From an uncultured Acidobacteriota bacterium (lineage in GTDB: Bacteria; Acidobacteriota; Vicinamibacteria; Vicinamibacterales; Fen-181), in contig CAWARN010000029.1 in NCBI GenBank assembly GCA_963784455.1, forward strand, positions 45,834 through 109,833: 64,000 nt of DNA, read 5' to 3'. A program made the position numbers and the translations under genes. The notes under the pieces were generated by a model. It searched no databases and had not been told where the DNA came from. It was given only the letters and a program-made list of their open reading frames with translations. This document shows, piece after piece, positions 41,094 through 54,179 of the stretch. Each line of letters opens with the position of its first letter. Position 1 is the stretch's first letter.

Positions 41094-43716
41094 ATGGACC
41101 GTCGAGTTCACGCTCAACGGCAAGCCGGTGCGGGTCGAGCCGCGGGCGGACGAGTCGCTGCTCGAGACGCTGCGGGAGCGGTGCGGCATCCGGTCGCTCA
41201 AGGACGGCTGCTCGCCGCAGGGGCAGTGCGGCTGCTGCCTGGCGCTCATCGACGGGCACGCGAAGGTCACCTGCGCGATGACGGCGGCATCGGCGGCCGG
41301 GCGCGCCGTCCTGACGCTCGAAGGCCTGTCCGAGGCCGACCGGCACCTCTTCTCCCGCGCCTTTGCCGTAGCCGCCGGCGTGCAGTGCGGCTTCTGCATC
41401 CCTGGTATCGCGCTGCGTTCGAAGTACCTGCTCGATCGCAACCCCAACCCGACCCGCAATGAGATTGCGCGCGCCATCGACGTCCATCTCTGTCGGTGCA
41501 CCGGCTACAAGAAGATCATCGACGCGATCGAGTGGATGGCCCGCGGCCGCCGGGGCGAGGCCATTCCCGAGCCGACGGCCGCCGGCGGCGTCGGCGCGCG
41601 GCTGGCCCGTTACGACGCGGTGCGAACGGCGCTCGGCGAGCGGCCGTACGTGGACGATCTGGACCGGCCTGGTCTGTTGCACGGCGCCGTGCTCTTGTCG
41701 CCGCACGCACGTGCGCTGGTCCGCCGGATCGACACGTCGAAGGCGCGGGCGCATCCCGGCGTCGTTGCTGTCGTGACAGCGGCCGACGTGCCGGGCGAGC
41801 GCTGGTACGGCCTGATCGAACACGACTGGCCGGGATTCGTCGCGGAGGGCGAGGAGGTGCGCTGCGTCGGCGATGTGCTGGCTGCGGTGGCAGCGTCGGA
41901 CCGGCACTCTGCCAGAGAGGCTGTCGCGCTCGTCGAGGTGGACTACGAAGCGCTGCCTGCCGTGCTCAACCCGCAGGCCTCGATCGCCCCCGGCGCGCCG
42001 CGCGTCAATCCGAAGCACGAGAACGTCCTGTCTCACTCGTCGATCCGCCGGGGCGACGCCGACGCCGCGCTGGCGTCGAGCGCCCACGTGGTCCGCGGGA
42101 CGTGGCAGACGCAGCGGATCGAGCACCTGTATCTCGAGCCCGAGAGCGCGCTGGCCGAGCCCCGCGCCGACGGCGGTCTTCACCTCTACAGCCAGGGGCA
42201 GGGGATCTTCGACGACCGCCGCCAGGTCGCGGCGTTCCTCGCACTGCCGGAGGAGCAGGTCTTCGTCACCCTCGTGCCCAACGGCGGCGCGTTCGGCGGC
42301 AAGGAGGACATGTCGGTCCAGGCGCAGACCGCGCTGCTCGCGCGCGTGACCGGCCGCCCGGTGAAGCTCACGCTCAGCCGCGAGGAGTCAATCCGCCTGC
42401 ACCCCAAGCGCCACCCGATTCGCATGGAGTACGCGGTCGGCTGCGACGCCGAAGGGCGCCTGACGGCTGTGAAGGCGCGGATGCTCGGCGACTCCGGCGC
42501 CTATGCGTCGGTCGGCGCGAAGGTGCTCGAACGCGCGGCCGGCCATGCGTGCGGTCCCTACAGGGTGGCGGACATCGACATCGAGTCGATCGCGGCCTAT
42601 ACGAACAACCCGCCATGCGGCGCGATGCGCGGGTTCGGCGCCAACCAGGCGCACTTCGCGATGGAAGGGTGCGTGGACCTGCTGGCGAAGAAGGCGGGGC
42701 TCGACCGGTGGGAGATCCGCTGGCGCAACGCCCTGGAGGTCGGCGACGTGTTCTCCACCGGCCAGGTGCTCGAGAAGTCGGTCGGCATCAAGAAGACGCT
42801 GGCGGCCGTCAAGCCGCACTACGACCGGGCGCTGGCCGAGGGCCGCGCCGTCGGCATCGCGTGCGGCCTGAAGAACAGCGGCATCGGCAACGGCGCGAAG
42901 GAGTGGGGCCAGGCCCGGCTGGTGGTCGAGCCGGACCTGACCGTCTCGATCTACAACGGCTACACCGAAATGGGCCAGGGGCTGCTCACGGTGCTCGTGC
43001 AGTTCGCCGCCGAGGTGACGGGCCTGCCCGCCGGCTGCTTCCGCCCGAAGGTGGACACCACCTATCCGCTGGCGTGCGGCCAGACGACCGGCTCGCGGGC
43101 GACGCTGCTCGGCGGCCGCGCCGTTGTCAGCGCGGCGGAGAAACTCCGGGCCGACCTGGCGGCCGGCCGGCACGTGTCGGACCTGATCGGCCGCGTCTAC
43201 CCAGGCGACGTGCTGATCGACGACACGACCGAACTGGGCGCGCAGGTGCAGAAGGTCAAGACCCATACGGCGTTCGGCTTCGCGACTCAGCTCTGTGTCC
43301 TGGACAGTGAGGGTCGCGTGGCGCGCATGGTCGCCGCGCACGACGTCGGCCGCGCGATCAACCCGGCGCTCTGCGAGGGGCAGATCGAGGGGGCGATCCA
43401 CATGGGCCTCGGGTACGCGCTGACCGAGGAACTACCCTGCGTGGACGGGATGCCGGCGACATTCTCGCTGCGGGAGATCGGCGTCCTGCGCGCGCGGGAC
43501 ATGCCGGAGGTCGAGGTGATCCTCATCGAGGACCGCGAGCCCGAGGGGCCGTTCGGCGCGAAGGGCGTCGGGGAGATTGGCCTTGTCCCCACGGCTGCCG
43601 CTGTGGCTGGGGCGCTCGAGGCGTTCGACGGCCTCCGCCGCCACACCCTGCCGATGCGGAACTCGGCGGCGGCACGGGCAATGAGTGTGGGACAGCGGAA
43701 GCAGGGGAACGAGTAG
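41094..43716 (+). CDS. xdh: Selenium-dependent-type xanthine dehydrogenase (2Fe-2S + Mo-binding fusion)
   Basis: [76 protein letters not shown] 41094 is one base out of frame (probable indel). Confidence 0.85.
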
Positions 43717-43797
43717 TGCTCAGTGGTCAGTTAGCAGTGGCCAGTCTGTCACGCGTGATCGACTGACCACTGATCACTGGCCACTAGCCACTGACAG
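43714..43797. repeat. Inverted pair of heptamer arrays
   Basis: cagtggtcagttagcagtggccagt ... actgaccactgatcactggccactagccactg. Confidence 0.75.
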
Positions 43798-43813
43798 CAT
43801 CGTTGTCGCACCT

Positions 43814-44803
43814 ATGTTCGTGAACGCCCACACCCACCTCTACAGCGGCCTCGCGCCGTTCGGGATGCCTCCGCCGGTCCCGCCGCCGGAGACCTTCGTC
43901 CAGAATCTCCAGCGCATCTGGTGGCGGCTCGACCGCGCGCTGGACGAGGCGTCGCTCCGCGCGGCTGCACGCTGGTACGTGGCGCAGGCGCGGCTGGCGG
44001 GGACGGTGGCGCTCGTCGATCACCACGAGTCGCCGAACCTCATCGAGGGGTCGCTCGACGTTCTCGCCGACGCGTGCGCCGAATCCGGCATGGCCGCGGT
44101 CCTCTGCTACGGCGCCACAGAGCGCAACGGGGGACGCGACGAGGCGAAGCGTGGGCTCGAGGAGTGCCGGCGCTTCATCCGCGAGAACCGGCGGCCTGGA
44201 ATCGTCGGCGTGGTCGGACTCCACGCATCGTTCACGGTGTCGGACGAGACGATTCGCGAGGCCGGCACGTTGTGCGAAGGACTGGGTACGGTGCTCCAGA
44301 TCCACCTCGCCGAGGACGGTGCGGACGTTCGCGACGCTCGCGAGCGTGGGTACGCGGGGCCGCTCCGGCGCCTGATGGCGCTGGACGCGCTGCCGCCGGG
44401 GTCGATCCTCGCGCACGGCGTGCACCTGTCGGCAGACGAGGTCGTGCGCGCGTCGGATGCCGGCTGCTGGTTCGTGCAGAACGCGCGATCGAATCGGAAG
44501 AACGGCGTTGGCTATCCGCTCAGGCTGGCCGGCGCAGCACGCGTGGCGCTGGGCACAGACGGCTTCCCGTCGAACATGCCGGACGAGGCGGCGGCGCTTG
44601 CGGAGACGTCGGCCGCGGCCGGCGAGCCGCCGGACGCGATTGCCGGGCGCCTCGAGGCGGGCTGGGCACTGCTGGCGGAGCGACTCGGCATCTCCCGGGA
44701 GCACCTGGCGGCAGACGCCGGCCCGCCCCCTTCGGCCAGCGACATCGAGGCGATTGAAGAAGACGCGCGGGAGCAGGCCTCACGCCTCTGGGCAAGATGG
44801 TAG
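43814..44803 (+). CDS. ssnA: SsnA-like amidohydrolase (short form)
   Basis: [68 protein letters not shown]. Confidence 0.8.
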   Translation: MFVNAHTHLYSGLAPFGMPPPVPPPETFVQNLQRIWWRLDRALDEASLRAAARWYVAQARLAGTVALVDHHESPNLIEGSLDVLADACAESGMAAVLCYGATERNGGRDEAKRGLEECRRFIRENRRPGIVGVVGLHASFTVSDETIREAGTLCEGLGTVLQIHLAEDGADVRDARERGYAGPLRRLMALDALPPGSILAHGVHLSADEVVRASDAGCWFVQNARSNRKNGVGYPLRLAGAARVALGTDGFPSNMPDEAAALAETSAAAGEPPDAIAGRLEAGWALLAERLGISREHLAADAGPPPSASDIEAIEEDAREQASRLWARW

Positions 44804-44822
44804 GGAAGAACAGGCGGCACTG

Positions 44823-46306
<1,484 letters not shown>

Positions 46307-46313
<7 letters not shown>

Positions 46314-47737
46314 CATTCGCATGCGCCGGCTGCGGCAGGACGCTGCCGGCCGCCGATTCGGCATCGGCGCCGTTCAGGTGCCCCTCCGCGCAGGAGGGCG
46401 ACGACATCGATCACGTCCTCCGGCGGACGGACGTGCCATCCGCGGCGTTCCCGGACGAAGGGGACGCGAACCCGTTCATCCGCTATCGGGAGTTCCTGGC
46501 GGCCCACGCGCTGGCGATCGAGTCGGGGATGAGCGACGCGTCGTTCGTCGAGCAGGTGCGCGACCTCGATCGGGCGATCGCCGACGCCAGCGGCGCGGGA
46601 TTCGCCGCGACGCCGTTCTCGCCCTGGCCCGCGCTGGCCGCGAAGCTGGGCTGCGGCAGCGGCGAAATCCGGGTGAAGGACGAGACGCTGAACGTCGGGG
46701 GATCGCACAAGGCGCGGCACCTGATGGGCGTCATGCTCTACCTCCTGGTGGACGAGCGTCGGCGGGGCGCCGGCGCCGTAGCGGGCCGCCCCCCGCTTGC
46801 GATCTCCAGCTGCGGGAATGCCGCGCTGGCGGCCGCCATCATCGGTCGCGCCACGGGATGGCCCCTCGACGTCTTCGTCCCGTCATCCGCGAGCGACGCC
46901 ATCCTGGAGCGCCTCGCTCAGCTTTCGGCCACGGTTCACGTCTGCACCCGCACGCCTGGCGTGCCTGGCGATCCGTGCCACGCGGCATTCCGATCGGCCG
47001 TCGCTCAGGGGGCCGTCCCGTTCTGCTGCCAGGGCAGCGACAACGGCCTGACCATCGACGGCGGCAAGACGCTGGCGTGGGAGATGATCGCCGAGGCGCG
47101 CCAGCCTTCGCGGAGGCAGTGGGGAACGACCGGGATCGACGCGGTGTTCCTCCAGATTGGAGGCGGCGCGCTCGCGAGCGCGGTCATTCAGGGATTCGGC
47201 GACGCGCTGGCCGCCGGGGCCATCGACCGCGCACCCCGGTTCTACACCGTGCAGACGGTGGGCGCCTACCCGCTGAAGCGCGCCTACGACGCGGTCGCCG
47301 AGCGGATCCTCGAGCGCGTGCCGTCCGTCATCGACCAGGGCTTCAGCCCGGCGTCAGACCGGGAGCGGGCCGAGCTGATGATGCAGCATCCTGCGATCAT
47401 CGACGAGGAGCTTCGCCACGCCCGGACGCATCGGTCAGCGTTCATGCGTCCGTGGGAGAAGCTGCCGCGCAGCATCGCGCACGGCATCCTCGATGACGAG
47501 ACGTACGACTGGGCGGCCGTCGTCGAAGGCATGCTGAAGACGGGCGGCTGGCCGCTCGTCGTCAACGAGGACCGCCTCGTGGACGCCAACGTGTTCGCGC
47601 GCGAACTCACCGGGCTGAGCGTCGATCACACCGGCTCGGCGGGCCTGGCGGGCCTGATGAAGGCGGTCGGGATCGACCCGCGGCTCGCCTTCGAGCGCGT
47701 GGCTGTCATCTTCTCCGGCAGCGACCAGCTGGCGTGA
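46307..47737 (+). CDS. PLP-dependent threonine-synthase-like enzyme with N-terminal Cys motif
   Basis: CAGC...FRCP N-terminus, [59 protein letters not shown]. Confidence 0.85.
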
Positions 47738-47744
47738 TGGCGGT

Positions 47745-47809
47745 GTAGCGCGGGGCTTCAGCCCCGCGGTGAGGCGGGTCTAAAGACCCGCCCTACGGAC
47801 CCGCCCTAC
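47745..47809. repeat. REPIN: two facing GTAG-REP palindromes plus a partial third
   Basis: GTAGCGCGGGGCTTCAGCCCCGCG ... GGCGGGTCTAAAGACCCGCCCTAC ... GACCCGCCCTAC. Confidence 0.8.
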
Positions 47810-47957
47810 TTCCCCGGGCCCAGCAGCTTGTCGACCGCGCCTTGATGGCGGCCACCTCCCTCTCGAGCACGACGTAGCGCCCCACAGCGACCTGCCCGAT
47901 TTTCTGATCGGGGGGCGGCTTTCACCGCAGCCAACTCCGCCGGGCGTTGATCCGCAT

Positions 47958-48578
47958 CTACCGCACGAGCCTTACCACCCCGTCGATCAGCCACCAGGCG
48001 CCGACGAGGCGGAAGACCCAGAGGACGTTGCGGATGCCGAGCAGGAAGAGGTTGTGCAGGGGGAACGGGCAGCGTAGGGGCGACTCGGGAGCGGAGGCCG
48101 AAACCGCGCCGACGAAAGGGGCGATCGAGGCGGCGACCACCGTCGTGGCTACGACGACGCGGAACACGAGCGCGTTCGTGGCATGCGGCAGCAGTGGCCA
48201 ACCGGTTGCGGCGGCCAGCGAGGCGATGATGAGCCAGGCGAGCGGGAGGAAGATGCCGAGCCCGATGAGGGCGCGGAATCGGAAGATGAAGCGCAGGAAC
48301 CGTGCGATCAGCGTCGCGTGCGCCTCGGAGCACGCCGTCATGTTCCACTCGCGGCCTGAGGCGGCGACCGGCAGGATTCGGCCCGCGCCGACCCGGCCGC
48401 ACCAGAGGCACCGGACGTCCGCGAACTTGGCCATCCACGGCACGGCCAGAAAACGATGGCCGAACATGACGGCCAGACCAATCGCAACCGACCAGCCCGG
48501 GCCGGCCGGCTGCCGGACCAGCAGGAACAGCACCAGCGGGATGAAGAGGAAGAGCAGGACGCCGTGGCCTGCAATCAT
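47958..48578 (-). CDS. Hypothetical membrane protein with CxxC...C..H motif
   Basis: About five hydrophobic segments; RCLWCG...ACSEAH; PFPLHNLFLLG. Confidence 0.7.
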   Translation of the reverse strand: MIAGHGVLLFLFIPLVLFLLVRQPAGPGWSVAIGLAVMFGHRFLAVPWMAKFADVRCLWCGRVGAGRILPVAASGREWNMTACSEAHATLIARFLRFIFRFRALIGLGIFLPLAWLIIASLAAATGWPLLPHATNALVFRVVVATTVVAASIAPFVGAVSASAPESPLRCPFPLHNLFLLGIRNVLWVFRLVGAWWLIDGVVRLVR

Positions 48579-48613
48579 GGATGGCTCAGGGCTTACGGCT
48601 CAGGGCTCTCGAC

Positions 48614-48665
48614 GTAGGGCGGGGCTTCAGCCCCGCCGAGCCGCGGGCCTGAAGGCCCACGCCAC
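48614..48665. repeat. REPIN doublet
   Basis: GTAGGGCGGGGCTTCAGCCCCGCC ... GCGGGCCTGAAGGCCCACGCCAC. Confidence 0.75.
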
Positions 48666-48683
48666 ACCGACAGCCTGGCTCAG

Positions 48684-49871
48684 CTACCGTCTCGGGTGAT
48701 TCCGCTCCAGGCAGTCGCGGAGCACCGCCGCCGGGTCCGCGAACCGCGTCGCCAGGATCATCGCGGCGATGACGAACGGCTTGTGGCCGGCTTCGCGGTA
48801 CGTCTGCAGCCGGTAGCGCTCGAAGACCGACGCGCTCACCTCGCCCGCCTTGCAGCTCACGCCGGTGATGTCCGCCGGCAGGCAGTGCATGTAGAGCGCC
48901 CGCCCGCCCTTCGTGAGCCTCATCAGGTCGTCGGTGCACTCCCAGTTCTTGAAGCGCGCGTTGTTCGCCAGCGCCTCGCGTTCGAGGTCGGCCAGTTTCG
49001 CCGTCTCGCCGGCGCGCAGCAGCCTCGTCCGCTCGTGCATCACGCGCGCGGGGGCCCAGCTCTTCGGATAGACGATGTCGGCGTCCTTGAAGGCGTCTTC
49101 CATCGAGCCGGCCACCGAGAACGAGCCGCCGGATTCCGCCGCGAACCGCCGCGCGGCCCGCAGCGGCTCTTCGACGAGGCCGTAGCCCTCGGGATGCGCA
49201 AGGACGACGTCCATTCCGAAGCGCGTCATGAGGGCGACGATCCCCTGCGGCACCGACAGCGGCTTCCCGTAGCTCGGCGAGTACGCCCACGTCATCGCGA
49301 ACTTCTTCCCTTTCAGCGCATCCAGCCCCCCGAAGGTCGCGGCGAGGTGCCGCAGGTCGGCCATGCTCTGCGTCGGATGGTCGAGGTCACACTGGAGGTT
49401 GACCACCGCCGGGCGCTGCAGAAGGACGCCCTGCTGCGAGCTCTCGCACGAGCGCGTCGCTGACCTCGCGTCATGTACTTGTGGCCCTCGCCGAGGAACA
49501 TGTCGTCGCGGATGCCGATGACCTCGGTGAGGAACGAGATCATCGCCGCGGTCTCGCGCACCGTCTCGCCGTGGGCGATCTGGGAGGTCGACTCGTCGAG
49601 CTCCTCGGTCATCAGGCCGAGCAGGTTGCAGCCCGACCGGAACGCGTAGCGGGTGCGCGTGGACTTGTCCCGGAAGATCGAGATGCCGAGGCCCGTGTCG
49701 AAGACGCGCGTCGAGATGTTGGCTGCGGCCAGGTCCTCGAGGATCTCGGCGGTCAGCAGGACCGCCCGGATCGTCGGCCTCGGGGTACTGCCACGTGAGC
49801 AGGAAGTCCTTGTCGTGGAGGCTTGTGGACAGCGACGACAGGGCGGCGATTCTGGAAGAGATGGAGTTCAT
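48684..49871 (-). CDS. ygeW: Knotted carbamoyltransferase YgeW (frameshifted)
   Basis: KDFLLTW, FRDKSTRTR, SQIAHGETVRETA.MISF, NLQCDLDHPTQSMAD, TWAYSPSYGKPLSVPQG, YPKSW, YMHCLPADITGVSC. Confidence 0.93.
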   Translation of the reverse strand: MNSISSRIAALSSLSTSLHDKDFLLTWQYPEADDPGGPADRRDPRGPGRSQHLDARLRHGPRHLDLPGQVHAHPLRVPVGLQPARPDDRGARRVDLPDRPRRDGARDRGDDLVPHRGHRHPRRHVPRRGPQVHDARSATRSCESSQQGVLLQRPAVVNLQCDLDHPTQSMADLRHLAATFGGLDALKGKKFAMTWAYSPSYGKPLSVPQGIVALMTRFGMDVVLAHPEGYGLVEEPLRAARRFAAESGGSFSVAGSMEDAFKDADIVYPKSWAPARVMHERTRLLRAGETAKLADLEREALANNARFKNWECTDDLMRLTKGGRALYMHCLPADITGVSCKAGEVSASVFERYRLQTYREAGHKPFVIAAMILATRFADPAAVLRDCLERNHPRR

Positions 49872-49927
49872 CTTGCGGACTTTCGACCTTGCGATCTTGC
49901 GAACAAGGGACGCGGCGAATACTGTCC

Positions 49928-49963
49928 CTCACTCTGCCCTGACGGGTGTGGTGGCGTCAACTC
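49928..49963 (-). promoter_or_regulatory. Putative ygeW promoter GAGTTGACG-N18-CAGAGTGAG
   Basis: Same flanks and spacing as the ygeY upstream element at 54023-54058. Confidence 0.6.
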
Positions 49964-50029
49964 CCTGAGCCCTGAGCCTGACGTTCCGCGCCGCCTCGGC
50001 TATAATCGGCACGGATCGCGAGGTGAGCC

Positions 50030-52731
50030 ATGGCGTTGTCGCCCGGCACGCGGCTTGGTCCCTACGAGATCGTTGCCCCGATTGGCGCCGGCGGAATGGG
50101 CGAGGTCTATAGGGCCCGCGACACGCGCCTCGAGCGCAGCGTCGCCATCAAGGTTCTCCCGCCCGACGTCAGCGCGGATGCTGACCGCCGCTCCCGCTTC
50201 CAGCGTGAAGCGCGGACGGTCGCCGGCCTGAATCACCCGAACATCTGTACGCTTCACGATGTTGGCGAGTCCGACGGCACCACGTACCTCGTGATGGAAC
50301 TCGTCTCGGGCGAAACGCTTGCGGCCCGCCTCGAGAAGGGGCCACTGGCGCTCGAGCAGGCGCTCGGCGTGGCGACGGAGATCGCGGATGCCCTCGCCGC
50401 AGCGCATCGGCAGGGCATCACCCATCGCGACCTGAAGCCGGCGAACGTGATGCTGACGAAGTCGGGAGCCAAGCTGCTCGACTTCGGGTTGGCGAAGCTG
50501 GCGGGGCACGGCGCATTGCCGGCGGCGGCCAGCCTGGCATCGGTGGCCACGCAGACGCGGCCGCTGACGAGCGAGGGGACGATTGTCGGCACGCTGCAGT
50601 ACATGGCGCCGGAGCAGGTGGAGGGGAAGCCGGCGGACGCGCGCACGGATTTTCTGGGCGCTGGGCGCGATCCTCTACGAAATGCTGACGGGGAAGCGTG
50701 CGTTCGAGGGTGCGAGCGCAGCGAGTCTCATCACGGCGATCATGAGCGCGCAGCCGGCCCCGCTGGCCACACTGCAGCCGGTCGCGCCGCCCGCGCTGCA
50801 CCGCCTCGTGCGCAAGTGCCTCGCGAAGGACCCCGACGAGCGGTGGCAGAGCGCACACGACGTGGCCGATGAACTGCGCTGGATGCGGGAAGGGAGCGGC
50901 GCTGGCTCACCCGCGGAAGCCCAATCCCGGCGCCGGAGTGGACCGCCGCCCGCGTGGCGCATCGCGGTGGCCGCTCTGCTGCTCGCGGCCGTGACGACAG
51001 CGCTCGCCGCGGTCGTGTGGGTCCTCTCGTCTCGGGCCTCAGGCGCCCGACCGCCAGTGCGGTTCGTGGTCTCGGATCGGCTCGTGACAGCGGCGGAAGC
51101 CGACCCGCAACGGCTCTTCGCGGTGTCGCGCGACGGACAGCGCGTGGCCTTTATCGCCGAGCGCGACGGCGTTCCATGCTTGTACGTGCGGGAGCTTCGG
51201 ACGCTTCAGGCGACCGCAATGCCCGGCACGGAGAACGCGATGCAGCCGTTCTTCTCGCCGGACGGGCAGCGGATTGGCTTCTTCGCCGGCGGCAAGTTGA
51301 AGGTGGTGTCGCTCGCGGGCGGAGCGCCAGAGGATTCGGGCGCAGATCATCTGGCCGCGCGGCGGCACCTGGGCGCCGGACGACACGATCATCTTCTCCC
51401 CTTCCGACAACAGCGGCCTGTGGCAGGTGCCGGCCGCCGGCGGGGACGTGCGCGAGCGCGTGCTGACGCAGCCGGACCCGTCGAAGGGCGAGCGCAGCTA
51501 CCGCTGGCCGGAGGTGTCGCCGGACGGCACCGCGGTGTTCTTCACGATGGCAACGTCCGACATTCAGTCGTTCGACAGCGCCAGACTGATGGTGCGTTCG
51601 CTCCGGACGGGCGAGCAGCGCGAGTTGCTTCGGGGCGGGAGCTTCGCGACGTGCACGGCGACGGGACACCTGCTCTTCGCGCGCGCCGGGGCCTTGATGG
51701 CCGCGCGATTCGACATGGCGCGCCTGAGGGTGACCGGTGCCGAAAAGCCCGTGCTCGATGGCCTCGTGACCTACCCCATCAGCGGCGCTGCTCAGTACGC
51801 CGTGGCCGCGGATGGAACGCTCATCTACATCGCGGGCAAGGCCGTCACCAGCCGGGCGACGCTCACTTGGGTGGACCCGACCGGCAAGACGAGCGTTCTG
51901 CCGACAGAGGCGGCAGCGTATCAGGCCGTCAGCGTCTCCGATGACGGGCGCTGGGCGGCGCTCGAGATCGACGGCGCGAACGCCAGTATCTGGGCCCTGG
52001 ATCTCATTCGAATGAGCCCGCCGACCCGGGTGTCCTCCGAATGGAGCAACAACGGTCCGTTCTGGTCACCTGACGGGGCTCGCGTCTGCTTTGTCTCGGA
52101 GCGCGGCGGCGTCTCTCGACTCTACTGCCAGGCCCCTGGCGGCGGAACCGCTCCTGAGCCGGTCACCCCGGGCCGTCCGTCTCGCATCGGGAACGGATTA
52201 TGGGCGCCTGGCGGCCGGCTCCTGAATCTTCGGTGAACTCAACCAGGCATCGAGGTGGGACCTCTGGACGTGTGCTGTGGGCGGCGAGCCGGGCGTGAAG
52301 TCCTTTCTGCAGACCTCGTACAACGAGCTGAACCCGAGGCTCTCATCGGACGGACGCTGGGTCGCATACGAATCCGACGAGACGGGAAGCCCCCAGGTGT
52401 ACGTCCAGCCGTTTCCCGGGCCGGGACACCGGGAGCGAATCTCGTGGGACGGCGGAACCCAGCCCCTGTGGGCGCGCAAGGGACACGAGCTGTTCTACCG
52501 CGACGGGGATGCCATCATGGCGGTGACGATTGGACGTCGCCGGCGTTCTCTCCGAGCCGCCCGCGCCTGCTGTTCCGGAGGGCCTTGAGAGTCGCCCCGC
52601 TGTATCCCTACGACACGGCACCCAACGGGAAGTTCCTGATGATCGAACCCCTCCCGCCACCGGTCCTCGGACCGCTGACCGCGGTGCTGAACTGGTTCGA
52701 GGAGCTGAAGACGAACGTGCCGGGCAAGTAA
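50030..52731 (+). CDS. Ser/Thr protein kinase with TM segment and TolB/PD40 propeller (frameshifted)
   Basis: IGAGGMGEVY, VAIK, HRDLKPAN, DFGLAK, YMAPEQ; C-terminal FSPDG/WSPDG repeats, VLNWFEELK. Confidence 0.92.
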
Positions 52732-52743
52732 GGACAGGCCCGC

Positions 52744-53999
52744 TCAGTCCTGAGCCTTGGGCCCGGAGCCCTGAGCCTTCAGATACTCCCCCGCAAACAG
52801 CGCGTAGAACTGCGCGGCCAGCCGTGAGGTGCTCGACCGGGCACTGGTCGTCCGGCGTGTGCGCGTGGATCTCGTTCGCCGGGCCCGAAGCCGACCGTCG
52901 GGACGCCGAACATGCCGCACGTGGCGACGCCGTTGGTCGAGAACCCCCACTTGCCACGACCGGCGGGCGCGCCGAGCGCCGCGCGCCGCGGCGGCGACCG
53001 CGCCGCGCACCGCCGGACTGTCCTCGTCGAGCGAACCACGTCGGGTAGTACTTCTTCGTCGGGTAGGTGAGGCCGGTGTACGCCGCGCGCGCGTAGTCGA
53101 GCACCGTCACCGTGGCGCCGGCCCGCCTGCACGCTCTCGAGCGCCTCGATCTCGTCGACGGCCTGACTCGAGCGTCTCGCCGCGCGTCAGCCGGCGGTCG
53201 AGGTGAATCGTGCACGCTGTCGGCCACGGCGCACAGCGACGGCGACGTCGAGCGGATCTCGGAGATGGTGACTGTGCCCTTGCCGAGGAACGGATCCGCG
53301 TCGGCCGCCAGCGCGCTCGTTCAGCCGCTCGATGTCGGCGACGATCGGCGCCATCTTGTAGACGGCGTTGACCCCGCGCTCGGGCGCCGAGCCGTGGCAC
53401 GAGCAGCCCCTGCGTGCGGACCTCGATCTCCATGCGGCCGCGATGGCCGCGGTACACGCCGAGGTTGGTCGGCTCGGTGATGACGACCACTTCGGGCGTC
53501 AGCACGCCCTCCGTCAGGATGTACTGCCAGCACAGGCCGTCGCAGTCCTCCTCCATGACCGTGCCGGTCACCCAGAGCTGCACGCCGTCGAGCAGGCCGA
53601 GCTCCTTCGCGATCCGCGCGCCGTAGACCGCCGCGGCGATGCCCGCCTCCTGGTCGCCCGCGCCGCGGCCGAAGACGATGCCGTCGCGGAGCTCGCCCTG
53701 GTACGGGATCGCGCGTCCACGTGGACGGGATCGCCGACGCCCACCGTGTCGAGGTGGCCGTCGATGGCGATGACGGTCGGGCCGCTGCCGACGCGGCCGA
53801 GCACGTTGCCGAGCCCGTCGATCTTGACCTCGTCGAAGCCGACGCGCCGCATCTCGGCGCCGACGCGCGCGACGACGTCGCGCTCGCCGGCGCTCTCCGA
53901 CGGAATGGCAATCATGTCGCGCAGGAACGTCGTCATGTCGCCCGTGTAGCGGGTGGCGAGTGCGGCTACGGTCGGGGTCGGTTCGGCGGTCGTCGTCAT
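52744..53999 (-). CDS. ygeY: YgeY family M20 selenium-metabolism-linked hydrolase (multiple frameshifts)
   Basis: [89 protein letters not shown]. Confidence 0.9.
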
Positions 54000-54022
54000 G
54001 GATCCTCCCGTGCGGTCAGCTT

Positions 54023-54058
54023 CTCACTCTGTTCCGTCACGCGTTTCGCCGTCAACTC
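54023..54058 (-). promoter_or_regulatory. Putative ygeY promoter GAGTTGACG-N18-CAGAGTGAG
   Basis: Matches 49928-49963. Confidence 0.6.
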
Positions 54059-54144
54059 CGACAGCCGGCTTTCGGCCCTCGGCGCTGTCCGGCCTCCAGC
54101 CGGCCGCCGGCTGAGAACCGGAGTGGCAGAACCGGAGCGACATC

Positions 54145-54173
54145 TTGACATCACATGCCGTCGGCATCATGAT
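54145..54173 (+). promoter_or_regulatory. Sigma70-type promoter of vapBC (leaderless)
   Basis: TTGACA-N17-CATGAT, ending 6 nt before the ATG. Overlapping palindromes ATGCCG-T-CGGCAT and GGCATCATGATGCC. Confidence 0.7.
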
Positions 54174-54179
54174 GCCTGC

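Noticed and set aside
41094-43716. Selenocysteine (in-frame TGA) in the Se-type Xdh or YgeY
   Set aside because: The xdh frame is open without TGA, and the ygeY breaks are indels. This enzyme class uses a labile Se cofactor rather than Sec.
50030-52731. Ser/Thr kinase-TolB fusion as a regulator of the purine cluster or part of the three-gene modules
   Set aside because: This family is typically highly multicopy in such genomes. It lies on the opposite strand with its own TATAAT promoter and lacks the TPR cap and the TGAC boxes. Position alone is not evidence of a link.
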